This document shows, in pieces, positions 39,230-49,931 of a DNA stretch of 64,000 nucleotides. Position numbers and translations under genes: made by a program. The stretch covers positions 1,600,001 to 1,664,000 of the forward strand of contig OY762069.1 of NCBI GenBank assembly GCA_963665095.1, written 5' to 3'. The stretch is from an uncultured Desulfobacter sp. Lineage in GTDB: Bacteria > Desulfobacterota > Desulfobacteria > Desulfobacterales > Desulfobacteraceae. Below the pieces are notes generated by a model. It was not told where the DNA came from, searched no databases, and worked only from the letters and a program-made list of their open reading frames with translations. The first letter of the stretch is position 1; each line of letters begins with the position of its first letter.

Positions 39230-39738
39230 CAGTAGCTCAAGTCAGAGGATGAATTCTTTGATGCCCCCTTCAGAGTCGGGGCAACACCAATCTCAACATA
39301 GGTAAAAATATGTTCTTCACGGATGGTGATCACAGCACACCGCATGGCTTTCTGAAAGACCATAATGGTGGCTTCAGGGGCCTTGATGATAGAGAACACT
39401 TCCCAGTTGTCCTTCTCCATGTACACACTGAAAAATTTAAAAAGCGAGTCAGGGTCCACCCGGCCTTTCAGGGCCAGATTACCGGATATAAAGCCAGGGC
39501 TTGAAACCACAACTGTGCGGTCTTTGACTATTGTCAGCTCCTTGGGTACCGGTATATCATCAAAGTCGTGGTATACAGGCGCGTTTGTTTCGGCCGCACT
39601 GCCCGTTGCCCCTGACAGAGAAGCCTGGGACTGCCCGGAAGAAGCAGCCTGGGAGGTAGTGCATCCTGGCACGTAAAAGCAAACCAGTAAAATAAAACAG
39701 ATCAGACAAAGCAGTTTTGAGCCATTATCCTTTTTCAT
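39229..39738 (-). CDS. Putative lipoprotein
   Basis: Signal peptide ending PGC; YHDFDDIPVP motif. Confidence 0.7.
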   Translation of the reverse strand: MKKDNGSKLLCLICFILLVCFYVPGCTTSQAASSGQSQASLSGATGSAAETNAPVYHDFDDIPVPKELTIVKDRTVVVSSPGFISGNLALKGRVDPDSLFKFFSVYMEKDNWEVFSIIKAPEATIMVFQKAMRCAVITIREEHIFTYVEIGVAPTLKGASKNSSSDLSY

Positions 39739-39801
39739 AAATCTCTCCAGCGTATGCGTTCTTATAAATGTTCCTTTTTCTAAAACGAATCCCCTTAAAA
39801 G

Positions 39802-40302
39802 TCAATTCCGGTTCACTTCATCAATGGCATTGTTCACGGTCTTGACCCGGTTTTCAAACTCAGTGCGCTGCTTTTCATATTCAGCGATTTCCCTGTTCAA
39901 CGCCTCCACCTCTTTTTGATAAATTTCTGTCTGCTCTCGTGTTTTCGCTTTTTCCCGGGTGCTGAGCTGATTGCGCTTTTCAGTCAGCTGCTGGTATTTA
40001 TTGTCAAGGTCCTTTTTCAGCTGTTTTACAGCTTCAACCTCCTGATCTATCTTCTTTTTATCCTGTTGCACATCTTTTTTCGATTCCTCGTTTTTCCGGG
40101 GCTGTAGCTGTTCCGTAGATTTAATTTCTTTATAATGTGCAGCGGTTTTTCGCTGGGCCTTTGGCACATCACCCAGATTATCTGTAAAACTGACATTCCC
40201 GTTTTCATCAATGTATCTGTAGTATTCTGCCCCAACAAATCCTGTCACCCCAAAGTTAAGGGACAGAACAATCAATGCAATCCATAGTTGGCGTAATTTC
40301 AT
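39802..40302 (-). CDS. DUF4124-like exported protein with coiled-coil tail
   Basis: Signal peptide then AEYYRYIDENGNVSFTD; likely start 40302. Confidence 0.8.
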   Translation of the reverse strand: MKLRQLWIALIVLSLNFGVTGFVGAEYYRYIDENGNVSFTDNLGDVPKAQRKTAAHYKEIKSTEQLQPRKNEESKKDVQQDKKKIDQEVEAVKQLKKDLDNKYQQLTEKRNQLSTREKAKTREQTEIYQKEVEALNREIAEYEKQRTEFENRVKTVNNAIDEVNRN

Positions 40303-40630
40303 TGTATGATTCCTTAAATAGACGTTGTTATTGACACTGCTGACAGCATTGAACCGGATAATAACTTGAAATCGTATCAAAAAGCAAACCCTGAGAAGAG
40401 AAGCAAACACCAAGCCAGCGCCATGCCGGGATGCCATCTCTATTTGCCGTGCAACGGCCTTCCTGTTACAGGTCTGGCAAATTTTATGGCGTTTTTTTCA
40501 GATATATGCTTTATTAAAGAATCATCTGTTTATCGTAATAGTCACGGATTTAACCTAAAAAAACAGGTACCTGCTGTCAGCGAAAATTTAAGGTGAATTT
40601 TAAATATATAAAACCCTTAAATCGTGCCAC

Positions 40631-40647
40631 CCGGCACAAAACATGCT
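40631..40647 (+). promoter_or_regulatory. Candidate sigma54 promoter of the minor pilin operon
   Basis: CCGGCACAAAACATGCT, GG-N10-GC. Confidence 0.6.
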
Positions 40648-40825
40648 GTTATATTTATAAAAGCCCAGAGGGATTGGGAAGGCGGTTGATATAACGGAAA
40701 AACATTTTAAATAAAATCACAATGACGAAATATCACCACTTAGCTGATTTCAATTAAACACAGAGGAGTACCAAGGTCTGACAGCTTACGGCATTATAAC
40801 GACGGATTCCGTCAAAACAAGGAGA

Positions 40826-41431
40826 GTGGTTCCATTGAAATTCCGTAGAAAGACCTTTTTCTCAAGCTTGCATCTCCATGCAGACTGCTGCCTTGATATA
40901 GGCAGGCACACCCCTTTCAGGCCCGTGGCAATGGGGAAATCGGGTTTTACAATGATCGAAGTAATGATCACAGTGGCTATTATTTCTATTCTGTTTGCCC
41001 TGGCCTTTCCCTCCATGACCAACCTGATCTCCAGAAACAGGACAAAAGCGGCAGCCCGTGAACTTAAAGGAATCCTGCAGAAAGCAAAACTTGAGGCGAT
41101 TAAACAAAACACCAGCTGCCTTGTGGTATTTACAGTGTCAGCAGGGTCAGATGCAGGATCCTGTATCACCTGTATATCCACGGATAGTGACTGTGCAGAT
41201 CCAGGGGATCAAATTATCAGCCAGCTGAATTTTAACACGTATAAGAGTGTAGCGCTCACACATGCATCCTTTTCGGGAAGTGTGCCGTTATTTGTCTTCA
41301 ACTCCAGGGGAATGCCTGAAACAACTGCCGGGGCCATGTCTGCAGGGCGGGCGGACATCACCAACACCGCAGAGACCAGCTATGCATTTTCAGTTTCCAT
41401 GGTATTCAGCGGGAGGATTCAAATACAATAA
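40826..41431 (+). CDS. fimT: Type IV minor pilin FimT/FimU (GspH-like)
   Basis: Prepilin motif KSG|FTMIEVMI; true start may be downstream (MGKSGF). Confidence 0.85.
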   Translation: MVPLKFRRKTFFSSLHLHADCCLDIGRHTPFRPVAMGKSGFTMIEVMITVAIISILFALAFPSMTNLISRNRTKAAARELKGILQKAKLEAIKQNTSCLVVFTVSAGSDAGSCITCISTDSDCADPGDQIISQLNFNTYKSVALTHASFSGSVPLFVFNSRGMPETTAGAMSAGRADITNTAETSYAFSVSMVFSGRIQIQ

Positions 41432-41432
41432 A

Positions 41433-42056
41433 ATGAAAATCACATTCAAACATATGAATAATCAGTCAGATTCAAAGGGTTTTACCCTTATCGAACTGCT
41501 GGTTTCCCTGGCCATCTCAAGTATTGTACTCCTGCTTGTTACCCAGATGTTCATCTCAACCAATGAAATGAATACCATCCAGGAAAATGTAGCCACTGTT
41601 CAACAGGACATCCGGGCAGCCATGGATATTATGTCAACGGACATCCTGATGGCCGGCCTTGATCCCAGCGGTACAGCAGCAAATGCAGGATTTGTGAACG
41701 GCGGCAGTGACATCAGTGATACAGACAGCAACTCTGTTGCCGTGCGGTATGACTATGACGGTGACGGGGTCTGCGAGGTGGCCAAAAGCTACTATTACAA
41801 TGCCGCATCCGAACAGTTTCTGGTCAGAATCGGGGGGGCGTCCTATCCGTTGACAGAATCCGGCACCATTGCTTCAGCAAGTTTTTCTTATTCCCTGCAG
41901 GACGGTTCCGTGGACTCAGCACCGGATGACAATGGCAATCTTGGCAATATAAAAATCGTCACCGTGCAAATCTGCGGGAAAATATCAGGTGCCTATGCTG
42001 CTAAACATACGGCAACCTATTGCTTTGCAAAAAACATTAAGCCCAGGAATATGTAA
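41433..42056 (+). CDS. pilW: Type IV minor pilin PilW-like
   Basis: [21 protein letters not shown]-term PRN. Confidence 0.85.
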   Translation: MKITFKHMNNQSDSKGFTLIELLVSLAISSIVLLLVTQMFISTNEMNTIQENVATVQQDIRAAMDIMSTDILMAGLDPSGTAANAGFVNGGSDISDTDSNSVAVRYDYDGDGVCEVAKSYYYNAASEQFLVRIGGASYPLTESGTIASASFSYSLQDGSVDSAPDDNGNLGNIKIVTVQICGKISGAYAAKHTATYCFAKNIKPRNM

Positions 42057-42058
42057 CC

Positions 42059-42463
42059 ATGACCATGCAACTGAAAGGAAAAATCATGATGGACCATGAC
42101 CAGTCAGGATTTTCCATAATTGAAGTGCTTATATCCATTGTTGTTTTAGGTATAGGAATAATGGCCATCAGTCTGATGCAGGCCCATTTTGCCGGGGGCA
42201 ATTCCCAATCCCGCCAGATGATCCGTGCCACGGATATTGCCGTCAATCACATTGAAACACTCAACAATATCACCAACCTCTCCGACACAAGATTAAGTTC
42301 AGGCACCCAGACTCAAATTGTCGGCACATATGAACGGGATTATACACTATCCTGGACAGTCACAGACAATGGAGACGGAACACTTTCAATCAATGTATCT
42401 GTTTCATGGAATGACGGCACATTACAGCGAAGCGTTAATTTCCCCTGGGTTAAAAGTATTTAG
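42059..42463 (+). CDS. pilV: Type IV minor pilin PilV-like
   Basis: SG|FSIIEVLISIVVL, C-term VSVSW. Confidence 0.85.
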   Translation: MTMQLKGKIMMDHDQSGFSIIEVLISIVVLGIGIMAISLMQAHFAGGNSQSRQMIRATDIAVNHIETLNNITNLSDTRLSSGTQTQIVGTYERDYTLSWTVTDNGDGTLSINVSVSWNDGTLQRSVNFPWVKSI

Positions 42464-42478
42464 TAAAGGAACATAAAA

Positions 42479-43081
42479 ATGGATAATACTTTTTTTGAAA
42501 ATTTTTCAGCTGGCATGAGGCATAACCGGCACAAAAACAGTGGCCATTCATGCACAGCGGTTCTTTTACAAGACGAGAGCGGCGCTGTTCTAATTATTAC
42601 GGTAATTATTCTTCTGCTGGTTACACTTATAGGCATTTCCGGTATCAACACAGCATCCACAGACATCCAGATCACCGGTAACTATCGAATTCATCAACTC
42701 AATCTTGTCAGTGCCGATGCCGCTGTCAACAGGGCTAAAAGCCTGATTGCCTATAACCAGGCAAGCTTGTCCGACTCCTGGGTCAACAATATTACAACGC
42801 TTTACAATGGCGGTACCGGCAGCCCGTATTTCAAAGCAGGCTCCTCGTGGGATCAATCCGGTACGCCGGTGCTCAATGCCATCAATGTAAATGCCGTGAT
42901 TGCCGACTGGGACACCGGGGCTAATCCAGCCATTATACCGACCACCCTGCCCGGGGATGCAAATGTTCAGTTTGTGGTCTACAGAAACATGAACAGTACA
43001 AATGGCAATTCCGTAGTCATTGCCAGATCCAGAAAAAATGGCGGCGATGTCATTATTGAGGCGGCATTTAACACCATATAA
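42479..43081 (+). CDS. pilX: Type IV minor pilin PilX-like
   Basis: ESG|AVLIITVIILLLVTLIG (no Glu5), DIQITGNYR. Confidence 0.85.
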   Translation: MDNTFFENFSAGMRHNRHKNSGHSCTAVLLQDESGAVLIITVIILLLVTLIGISGINTASTDIQITGNYRIHQLNLVSADAAVNRAKSLIAYNQASLSDSWVNNITTLYNGGTGSPYFKAGSSWDQSGTPVLNAINVNAVIADWDTGANPAIIPTTLPGDANVQFVVYRNMNSTNGNSVVIARSRKNGGDVIIEAAFNTI

Positions 43082-43175
43082 CAGTACGGGTATTTCAGCT
43101 TTTCATCTGTGTTCACCCATAAACAGATATGAAAAACAGATAACCCAATTATTAATACTTTTAAAAAAGGACACT

Positions 43176-43913
43176 ATGTTTACAGGCCCATTTAAAATCA
43201 AGCATGGATGTATCTCAGCAATCGTGTCTGTGTTCTCATTGATTCTTCTTTCTGCCGCTCCCCTGTCTGCCTTTGAGTTCATTCCTCCCACACAGATTGT
43301 TTCCAAGGACAAACTTCCCATAAATGATTTAAACCTGGTCAGGACCAAACAGGGGCTGACCTACCTGATCTCTTCCGACAGCCGGTATGTATTTCAGGGC
43401 GGCCTGATGGATGTATGGAACGGCACCCAGATCACATCGGTTAAAGAATTGAATGATCTATCTGACCATATTAATTTTGATTACATCGGCATTGAACCGG
43501 ACAAAATGTTTACCCTGAACCTGGGCAGCGGGGATAAAGAGGTGTTTATCTTCGCAGATCCTAACTGCAGTATATGCCATACGCTTGTGGCAAAAATCCG
43601 GGATTCAAAACTGATATTAAGCCGTTTTCATGTCAGGGCCGTCATCACACCAATGCTGAAAGAGACCAGCCTGCCCAAAGCAAATAAACTGGCGGTTATG
43701 GCCAAAAAAAATTCTTCCGATGCAATCTCAGCGTTCATCAGCAACACGGTTGACATAACTGACTGTCCGGACAAAAAACAGGCCGGTATTAATTATAACC
43801 TGCTTGTGGCAAAGGCATTATCCATCCATAATTTCCCATACATGATCAATCCCCAGGGCCGCATACACATCGGCATGCCTGACGACATTTATATATTTTT
43901 ATCCAAACAATGA
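43176..43913 (+). CDS. DsbC/DsbG-like thiol:disulfide isomerase
   Basis: Signal peptide, SDSRYVFQG dimerisation-like motif, FADPNCSIC (CxxC), cis-Pro-like FP. Confidence 0.85.
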   Translation: MFTGPFKIKHGCISAIVSVFSLILLSAAPLSAFEFIPPTQIVSKDKLPINDLNLVRTKQGLTYLISSDSRYVFQGGLMDVWNGTQITSVKELNDLSDHINFDYIGIEPDKMFTLNLGSGDKEVFIFADPNCSICHTLVAKIRDSKLILSRFHVRAVITPMLKETSLPKANKLAVMAKKNSSDAISAFISNTVDITDCPDKKQAGINYNLLVAKALSIHNFPYMINPQGRIHIGMPDDIYIFLSKQ

Positions 43914-44278
43914 TTTTTTTAAGGAGTAATATTATGAAACACATTCAAATAATCATTCTGATATGCCTGCTTTTGGCACCAGTTCTTCAGGCAGATCCCC
44001 TTAAGACCCGGGATAAAAGTGCCGAGGCCCTGAACAACCTTTTGACAGAATATCAGGAACAGGGCTATGACGTCACCGGACCTGTGCAGTTTCTTGAAAA
44101 AACAAAAAAGCAGATCATTTTCTTCCGCCAGGCCCCGGTTTCATTCAGACGGCTGAGCATTATCAGCCCGGATGGCCGAAGAGCCTTTCTTAAAAGATAT
44201 GATTATGTCTATGTGCTATCAAAAGAAGAAAAAGTTGTGCTTATTTACTTAGAAAAAAAGGAGACGGATAATGTGTAA
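43910..44278 (+). CDS. Hypothetical exported protein
   Basis: Signal peptide; overlaps both neighbours in the operon. Confidence 0.6.
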   Translation: MIFLRSNIMKHIQIIILICLLLAPVLQADPLKTRDKSAEALNNLLTEYQEQGYDVTGPVQFLEKTKKQIIFFRQAPVSFRRLSIISPDGRRAFLKRYDYVYVLSKEEKVVLIYLEKKETDNV

Positions 44279-47200
44279 ACTATCCAAACCAGCCTATACC
44301 GTCATTGCCTTAATAGTATTTCTGGGATCAGTATTTTTCCACACCTTATGCCTTGCTGCCAACAGCACCTATGCATCCCTGCCCCCTTTTATCTCCTCTG
44401 AGACCAAGCCCAATGTTGTGCTGGTTGTTGATTTTTCCGGCAGCATGCAGTTTCCGGCATATTACGGTACAAATGGTTCGCCGTCCTTTTCTTCTTCAAA
44501 AGTGTATATTACCACCTATTACGGCAATGTGAATGTCACCTATGACAAGAATACGGTTTATTACGGATATTTTGACAGCGACGCCTACTACGAATACAAC
44601 AGCAGCGAAGAATACTGGGAAAAAAAAGAGCAGTCAACCTATTCAGGCAGGGAGGCCGGACATGTTGACACCCTTTCCGGCAATTTTCTAAATTTTATTG
44701 TCACCACCCGGGTTGATGCTGTTTTAAAAAACCTCATCGGTGGAAAAGCCACCTGCCCCACAGGAAAGGATTATTGTATTCTCAGACCCCAGGGCGCTGC
44801 CAGGTGCCATTACCAATCAAGCAGTTACGGATATGTAAATGTAACCAATCTGAATGCGCGCTGTGAAATTTTTCCGGAAAATTACTCCAGCGGCAGTTAT
44901 GTAGATAAAGACGTAAAGATCAACATCAGCGGTTCCTCATCAACCATTGGTACTTTTTCAGGCCGTTATGCAAAGGTAAAAGTGGATAAGAGTGAACGCA
45001 CCGGCATCATTCAGGATAATTTCAGCAGCGTCAGGTTTGCATATATCGGGTATGCCAACACCGGCAACAGTGACGCCATGTTAGGAACGATTAAATACGG
45101 AGTTCATGAAAGCGCGGACACCACTTTAACGGAAGAAACGAGAATCGCCAATTTAGTTAGTTCCCTGGAATCCAGTATACCTTATTACGGTACCAGCACC
45201 GGTGAGGCCATGCGCCAGGCATACGCCTATCTGACCCAGGACAGTACTAAGGCATACAGCTACAATAGCAGCTATATCTCAAAAGGAACTAAAAAAGATC
45301 CGTATTACAAACTTTTAGGCACCACCCTGAAACCAGCCTGGTGCAGAGAAAGCTATGTCGTGCTTATATCGGATGGAGAATGGAACGGCAGCCTTGATCC
45401 CGGTACGTGGGCACACAGCCTTCATACAGATGACCTTCGTGCAGATACCGTTAATTTCCCCGGTGACCAGATAGCAGATGTTTTCTCTTTATTTGCCTTT
45501 TCAAACAGTGCCGCCGGTTTGAACTCCATGCAGACCATTGCGGCATTTGGCAGCTATACTGAAAATAGTGGGTGCTCCAATAACCTGCCCTACGACATCT
45601 CAAAATTAACCTCATCAAACAAGAGTCTTAATATTACCTTCCCCAGACCGAACTGCAACCCGTCAGGCACGTATAAAGACTGCTGTAATGAATGGGATTC
45701 TGACGACAATGACGGGGTACCTGATACCTTTTATTATGCCAGCAGCGGTGATGCCATGGCTGAAGCCCTGTCTGAAATTTTCCAGCAGATCCAGCAGGGA
45801 ACAGCCTCCGGTACTGCTGTAACAGCACTGACATCTAAGGTATCCTCAGGAAATGTGATTGCCCAGGGTGCCTTTTATCCGGAAAAAGAGTTTGACGATT
45901 TTAAGACTGTTGTCTGGACAGGAGATGTGTTTTCCGAATGGTATCTGAACGGTTATTACGCCAATGCCAGTGGCGTCTCCACTCTGGTTCAGAATATCAG
46001 GGAAGACTCGGATCATGATTTTATACTTGATGTTGCTGATGACAGAATTCTGGAATATCTGATAGAAGATCAGTCTTTGACCATCTATGCCTATGACGCA
46101 ACCGAGTACGGTACAGCTGCAGATGCCACGCCTGACAGAACCTATTTTTCCATAGAAGATGCCGAGAATCTCTTTGACTGCGGGGAGCTGCTTATGGCAA
46201 GAAGCCCCTACGACAGAACCATCTACGCTGTGTCAGAATCAGATGAAATGCTTACCTTTACAGGCAAAAATGAGTATGATCACGCCAGCACGTTGGCTGA
46301 CAATACAGATGAGTTTGACACCCTTTTGGGTACTTTAGAATCAGAATACCCGGACTGCCTTAAAGATGCAAATGGACCAAAGTATGATGACCTGATCAGT
46401 TACACCCGAGGGGAAACAATTGGGACATGCCGGTCCAGACAGACCAGTAGCGCCACATCTTCTGAAAATGTCTGGAAAATCGGGGATATTATCTACTCAT
46501 CCCCGATAGTTGTTGAATATAATGATTTTTCAATGATCTTTGCCGGCAGCAATGCAGGTATGCTTCATGCTTTTCGCTTAGGATATCTGAAGACCTACCG
46601 CAGCACCCAGCAACCGGCAAAGCTGTGTGACGACAATACCGCGTCCACCTGCACCCACGACAGTACAGGCAAAGAGGAGTGGGCCTTTATTCCCAAAGAT
46701 GCCATGCCCTACTTAAGATATATGGCAAATCCCTATTATGATCATCTTTACGGGGTGGATCTCAAGCCCCAAATCGTTAATACAGGTTCAAAAGTCATCC
46801 TTATCGGTGGTATGCGTATGGGAGGAGCCTGTAACAACGGCAGTATCAACCCGCCATCAGACACAAACCCTGTTGGCCGCTCCGCCTATTTTGCCCTGGA
46901 TATTACAGACCCCCTCAAGCCTGAATACCTGTGGCGGTATGCACCGGACGGCATGGGATTCACCTATTCAGGCCCGGCCTATATTAAACGTAAGGATGCC
47001 AGCGGCAACTGGCATCATTTTATCATGTTCGCATCCGGCCCCACTGACTATAAGGGACATTCCACACAGAATCTGGAAATTTTTACCGTAGACCTGTTCA
47101 CAGGGGCAGAGATGAATGTATTTGGCGACGTCACCTCTGAAATGAATATTACCAATGCATTTGGGGGCAGGCTTTTCACAGACGGCGTGGATATTAACGA

Positions 47201-48164
47201 TGACGGGCAGACTGATTTTATCTTCTTGGGTATTACCTCCAATGCTGACGGAAATTTTGACAAACATCGGGGTGGAATGATCAAAATATACATCGGCTCG
47301 ACAGCTTTAGCCACAGCTGCGGCTTCTGCAGTGGCAGCGGCGGCGGCTGACCCTACAGATACAGTCAAAGCCGCGGCGGCGACAGCGGCTAAAGCGGCCG
47401 CAGCAGATGCAGCTGCAGATCCGACAAACTGGGAGTACACCACCAATTTCCTGGCATTTGCAGACAATCCCATCGTGGCACCGGTCAAGGTCATGGACTG
47501 CTTTCCGGATGAACTGGACTTCCCCTTCCTCTATTTTGGTACAGGCAGGTACTTCTCATCCGAGGATCAAACCCAGGACGGCACCAACGACTATAACCGG
47601 CTCTACGGCGTACCATTTATCTATGATGAAAATAACAATCGAATTGCGGGCGGTTCCGGTATCTCCAGTGCTTCCAATTCCAGCGCCCTGACCTGTGATG
47701 CCCTGAACGCCATTAATACCAATCCCCAGCAGGCGGCCTGGTATATTGACCTTGATCCGGCTGCAGGCAACTATTATCGGGAACGGTGTTACTCAGATCC
47801 AACCACCACCGATTATAATGTTGTTTTCTTCAGCACCACCAAGCCCATCGGCGTTGCCTGTGAGTGCGGGGGTCAGTCCAGATCATGGGTACTTAATTGT
47901 GCAACCGGACAGTCCATTTACGATATTATCTGTGACGACGCAGATGAAGATCCCAGCCAGTTTCTTGTGGACCCGGCCATCCAGTTTAATTACCTGGTTC
48001 AGCTGTCAGGTGGGGATATCAACCAGTATGATGAAACTGATTTCTCGGAAAGCGGTGGCAGGGCCACGGCCTGGGCAGAAGGTGTGAATGCGGAAACAGG
48101 CGGCCTGCCCACCTTTCCTCCTGGTTCAACCCTGGGCCAGATGCTCTATTGGAAGCAATGGTAG
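44271..48164 (+). CDS. pilY1: PilY1/PilC type IV pilus tip adhesin
   Basis: vWA MIDAS DFSGSM; WKIGDIIYSSP, GMLHAF, EEWAFIP, YFALDIT, LYFGTGRY; 1297 aa. Confidence 0.92.
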   Translation: MCKLSKPAYTVIALIVFLGSVFFHTLCLAANSTYASLPPFISSETKPNVVLVVDFSGSMQFPAYYGTNGSPSFSSSKVYITTYYGNVNVTYDKNTVYYGYFDSDAYYEYNSSEEYWEKKEQSTYSGREAGHVDTLSGNFLNFIVTTRVDAVLKNLIGGKATCPTGKDYCILRPQGAARCHYQSSSYGYVNVTNLNARCEIFPENYSSGSYVDKDVKINISGSSSTIGTFSGRYAKVKVDKSERTGIIQDNFSSVRFAYIGYANTGNSDAMLGTIKYGVHESADTTLTEETRIANLVSSLESSIPYYGTSTGEAMRQAYAYLTQDSTKAYSYNSSYISKGTKKDPYYKLLGTTLKPAWCRESYVVLISDGEWNGSLDPGTWAHSLHTDDLRADTVNFPGDQIADVFSLFAFSNSAAGLNSMQTIAAFGSYTENSGCSNNLPYDISKLTSSNKSLNITFPRPNCNPSGTYKDCCNEWDSDDNDGVPDTFYYASSGDAMAEALSEIFQQIQQGTASGTAVTALTSKVSSGNVIAQGAFYPEKEFDDFKTVVWTGDVFSEWYLNGYYANASGVSTLVQNIREDSDHDFILDVADDRILEYLIEDQSLTIYAYDATEYGTAADATPDRTYFSIEDAENLFDCGELLMARSPYDRTIYAVSESDEMLTFTGKNEYDHASTLADNTDEFDTLLGTLESEYPDCLKDANGPKYDDLISYTRGETIGTCRSRQTSSATSSENVWKIGDIIYSSPIVVEYNDFSMIFAGSNAGMLHAFRLGYLKTYRSTQQPAKLCDDNTASTCTHDSTGKEEWAFIPKDAMPYLRYMANPYYDHLYGVDLKPQIVNTGSKVILIGGMRMGGACNNGSINPPSDTNPVGRSAYFALDITDPLKPEYLWRYAPDGMGFTYSGPAYIKRKDASGNWHHFIMFASGPTDYKGHSTQNLEIFTVDLFTGAEMNVFGDVTSEMNITNAFGGRLFTDGVDINDDGQTDFIFLGITSNADGNFDKHRGGMIKIYIGSTALATAAASAVAAAAADPTDTVKAAAATAAKAAAADAAADPTNWEYTTNFLAFADNPIVAPVKVMDCFPDELDFPFLYFGTGRYFSSEDQTQDGTNDYNRLYGVPFIYDENNNRIAGGSGISSASNSSALTCDALNAINTNPQQAAWYIDLDPAAGNYYRERCYSDPTTTDYNVVFFSTTKPIGVACECGGQSRSWVLNCATGQSIYDIICDDADEDPSQFLVDPAIQFNYLVQLSGGDINQYDETDFSESGGRATAWAEGVNAETGGLPTFPPGSTLGQMLYWKQW

Positions 48165-48170
48165 GAGGGG

Positions 48171-48938
48171 CTATGTAATATCGCGCCGTTGAAAAATAAA
48201 CACGGCGGCAGCTAAAATCACTGCCGCATAACAGACCGCATACAAAAGACTTAACCCCAGTTCCTGACCCGGGATGTCCAGATGATGGACCACCCGGGTC
48301 TTGTAATTAAGATATTCCAGATTGGGCAGAATATAATAGACGCTGTCTGCCAGACCTTTAAGAAGCGCATCCTGGGATGCGGCAGCAAGCTGTTTTAAAT
48401 CCCTTGTAAAGTGCCCGATGATAAATACAGCCAGAGTAAACATGCCGCTTAAAAAAGGCGTTGAAAACGCAGAAAAGAAAACCGCAAAGGCAAGAATTAT
48501 CAAAATTTCAAAAAAAACAGGAACAATGGCCGTTAAAAGGTTCCACGGCATCAATCCTTCATAGGCGAAACAAAGGGCAAACAACAACACTGTCATCACC
48601 ATGACCTCCACCAGAATGGTCAGGCTTAACCCCATATATTTACCCATAAGAAACTGCCACCGGGCCAGGGGCTTGGAAAGAATGATATATATGGTGCGTT
48701 TTTCCATCTCCTTGTACACCATGCCGATACCCACAAAAACGGCAATAAGGGTGCCGCCGATGGATATGGCACCCAGGCCGAAATCTTTGATGATCTTCAT
48801 GGGATCACCAATGGTCAGCTTGCCTAAAACAATGGAAAAAAAGACCAGGATCACCGCAAAAAACAAAAGACTGTAAAAAATCTTGTCCCGGATGGACTCT
48901 TTGAATGTATTCAGCCCGATGGCCAGCACCTTATTCAT
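48171..48938 (-). CDS. ABC-2 type permease (Myxococcus PilI-like)
   Basis: NTFKESIRDK, KEMEKRTIYIILSKP.ARWQFLMGKY, C-term FQRRD. Confidence 0.88.
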   Translation of the reverse strand: MNKVLAIGLNTFKESIRDKIFYSLLFFAVILVFFSIVLGKLTIGDPMKIIKDFGLGAISIGGTLIAVFVGIGMVYKEMEKRTIYIILSKPLARWQFLMGKYMGLSLTILVEVMVMTVLLFALCFAYEGLMPWNLLTAIVPVFFEILIILAFAVFFSAFSTPFLSGMFTLAVFIIGHFTRDLKQLAAASQDALLKGLADSVYYILPNLEYLNYKTRVVHHLDIPGQELGLSLLYAVCYAAVILAAAVFIFQRRDIT

Positions 48939-49914
48939 GGGTTCTATTCCTGTTTTCGCTTATTGCCCCTTGCTTAGTATCCTTAGGGTTTTCTTCCGTC
49001 GTACTTTTCAAATAGATCTCTTCTATGCTTTTGCGTGCCGTGGAAAAGGAGACAAGGTCCAGCCCCTGACTTTTGATTGTCTCCAGTACCCTGTCTGCAA
49101 TATCTTTATCACCGGTTGACACAATATGCCTGTTTCCCCGGACCACTTGTGTAACATGTTTTAAGGTTCCGATGCGCGACAGGTCCAGGTGCCCGCCCTG
49201 ACAGGTAATCTCCCAGGTTGAATCCCGGGGTGAAAGGCAGTCGTCCATGGGAATAATACGTTTAAGCTCCCCTTTTGCAAGGATGCCGGCCCTGTCGCAG
49301 ATCATCTCCACATCAGAGATAATGTGGGAGGAAAAAATAATGGTCTTGCCCTGGTCCCGGCAGTTGAGGATTATGTCCCGCATGGCTTTGCGGCCCATGG
49401 GATCCAGGCCGGACATGGGCTCATCCAGAATCAGAAGTTTAGGATCATTAACCAGGGCCTGGGCAATGCCGATGCGCTGAAGCATGCCCCGGGAAAATTT
49501 GCGCAGCTGCGTGTTGCCTGCGTGGGTCAGACCCACCAGGTCTAAAAGCTCACCAACCTTTTTTTTACGTTCATTCCTTGTCATGTCAAACAGGCTGGCA
49601 TAAAAATTTAAAGCTTCGGCACCGGTGAGATAGGAATAAAAATAGGGCTGCTCTGGCAGATATCCGATCAGGGAACGGCAAATCCTCTCCTTTGCCGGCT
49701 GTCCCCAGAAAGAGATATCCCCTTTGTCCGGCCTGATCAAACCCAGCATCATTTTAAACGTCGTGGTCTTGCCGGCACCGTTGCCGCCAAGGTACCCGAA
49801 TACTTCATTGTCCCGAATCTGGAAACTAAGGTCAGAGATCACCTGCTTTTTTCCCAGCCAGCCGTTGGAAAAACTTTTGCTCAAACCCTTTATGTCAATT
49901 GCATTGGTATTCAT
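48931..49914 (-). CDS. ABC ATP-binding protein (PilH-like)
   Basis: GGNGAGKTT, FSRGMLQR, LILDEPMSGLDP. Confidence 0.93.
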   Translation of the reverse strand: MNTNAIDIKGLSKSFSNGWLGKKQVISDLSFQIRDNEVFGYLGGNGAGKTTTFKMMLGLIRPDKGDISFWGQPAKERICRSLIGYLPEQPYFYSYLTGAEALNFYASLFDMTRNERKKKVGELLDLVGLTHAGNTQLRKFSRGMLQRIGIAQALVNDPKLLILDEPMSGLDPMGRKAMRDIILNCRDQGKTIIFSSHIISDVEMICDRAGILAKGELKRIIPMDDCLSPRDSTWEITCQGGHLDLSRIGTLKHVTQVVRGNRHIVSTGDKDIADRVLETIKSQGLDLVSFSTARKSIEEIYLKSTTEENPKDTKQGAISENRNRTHE

Positions 49915-49931
49915 GAAAGGCCTCGTACGTA

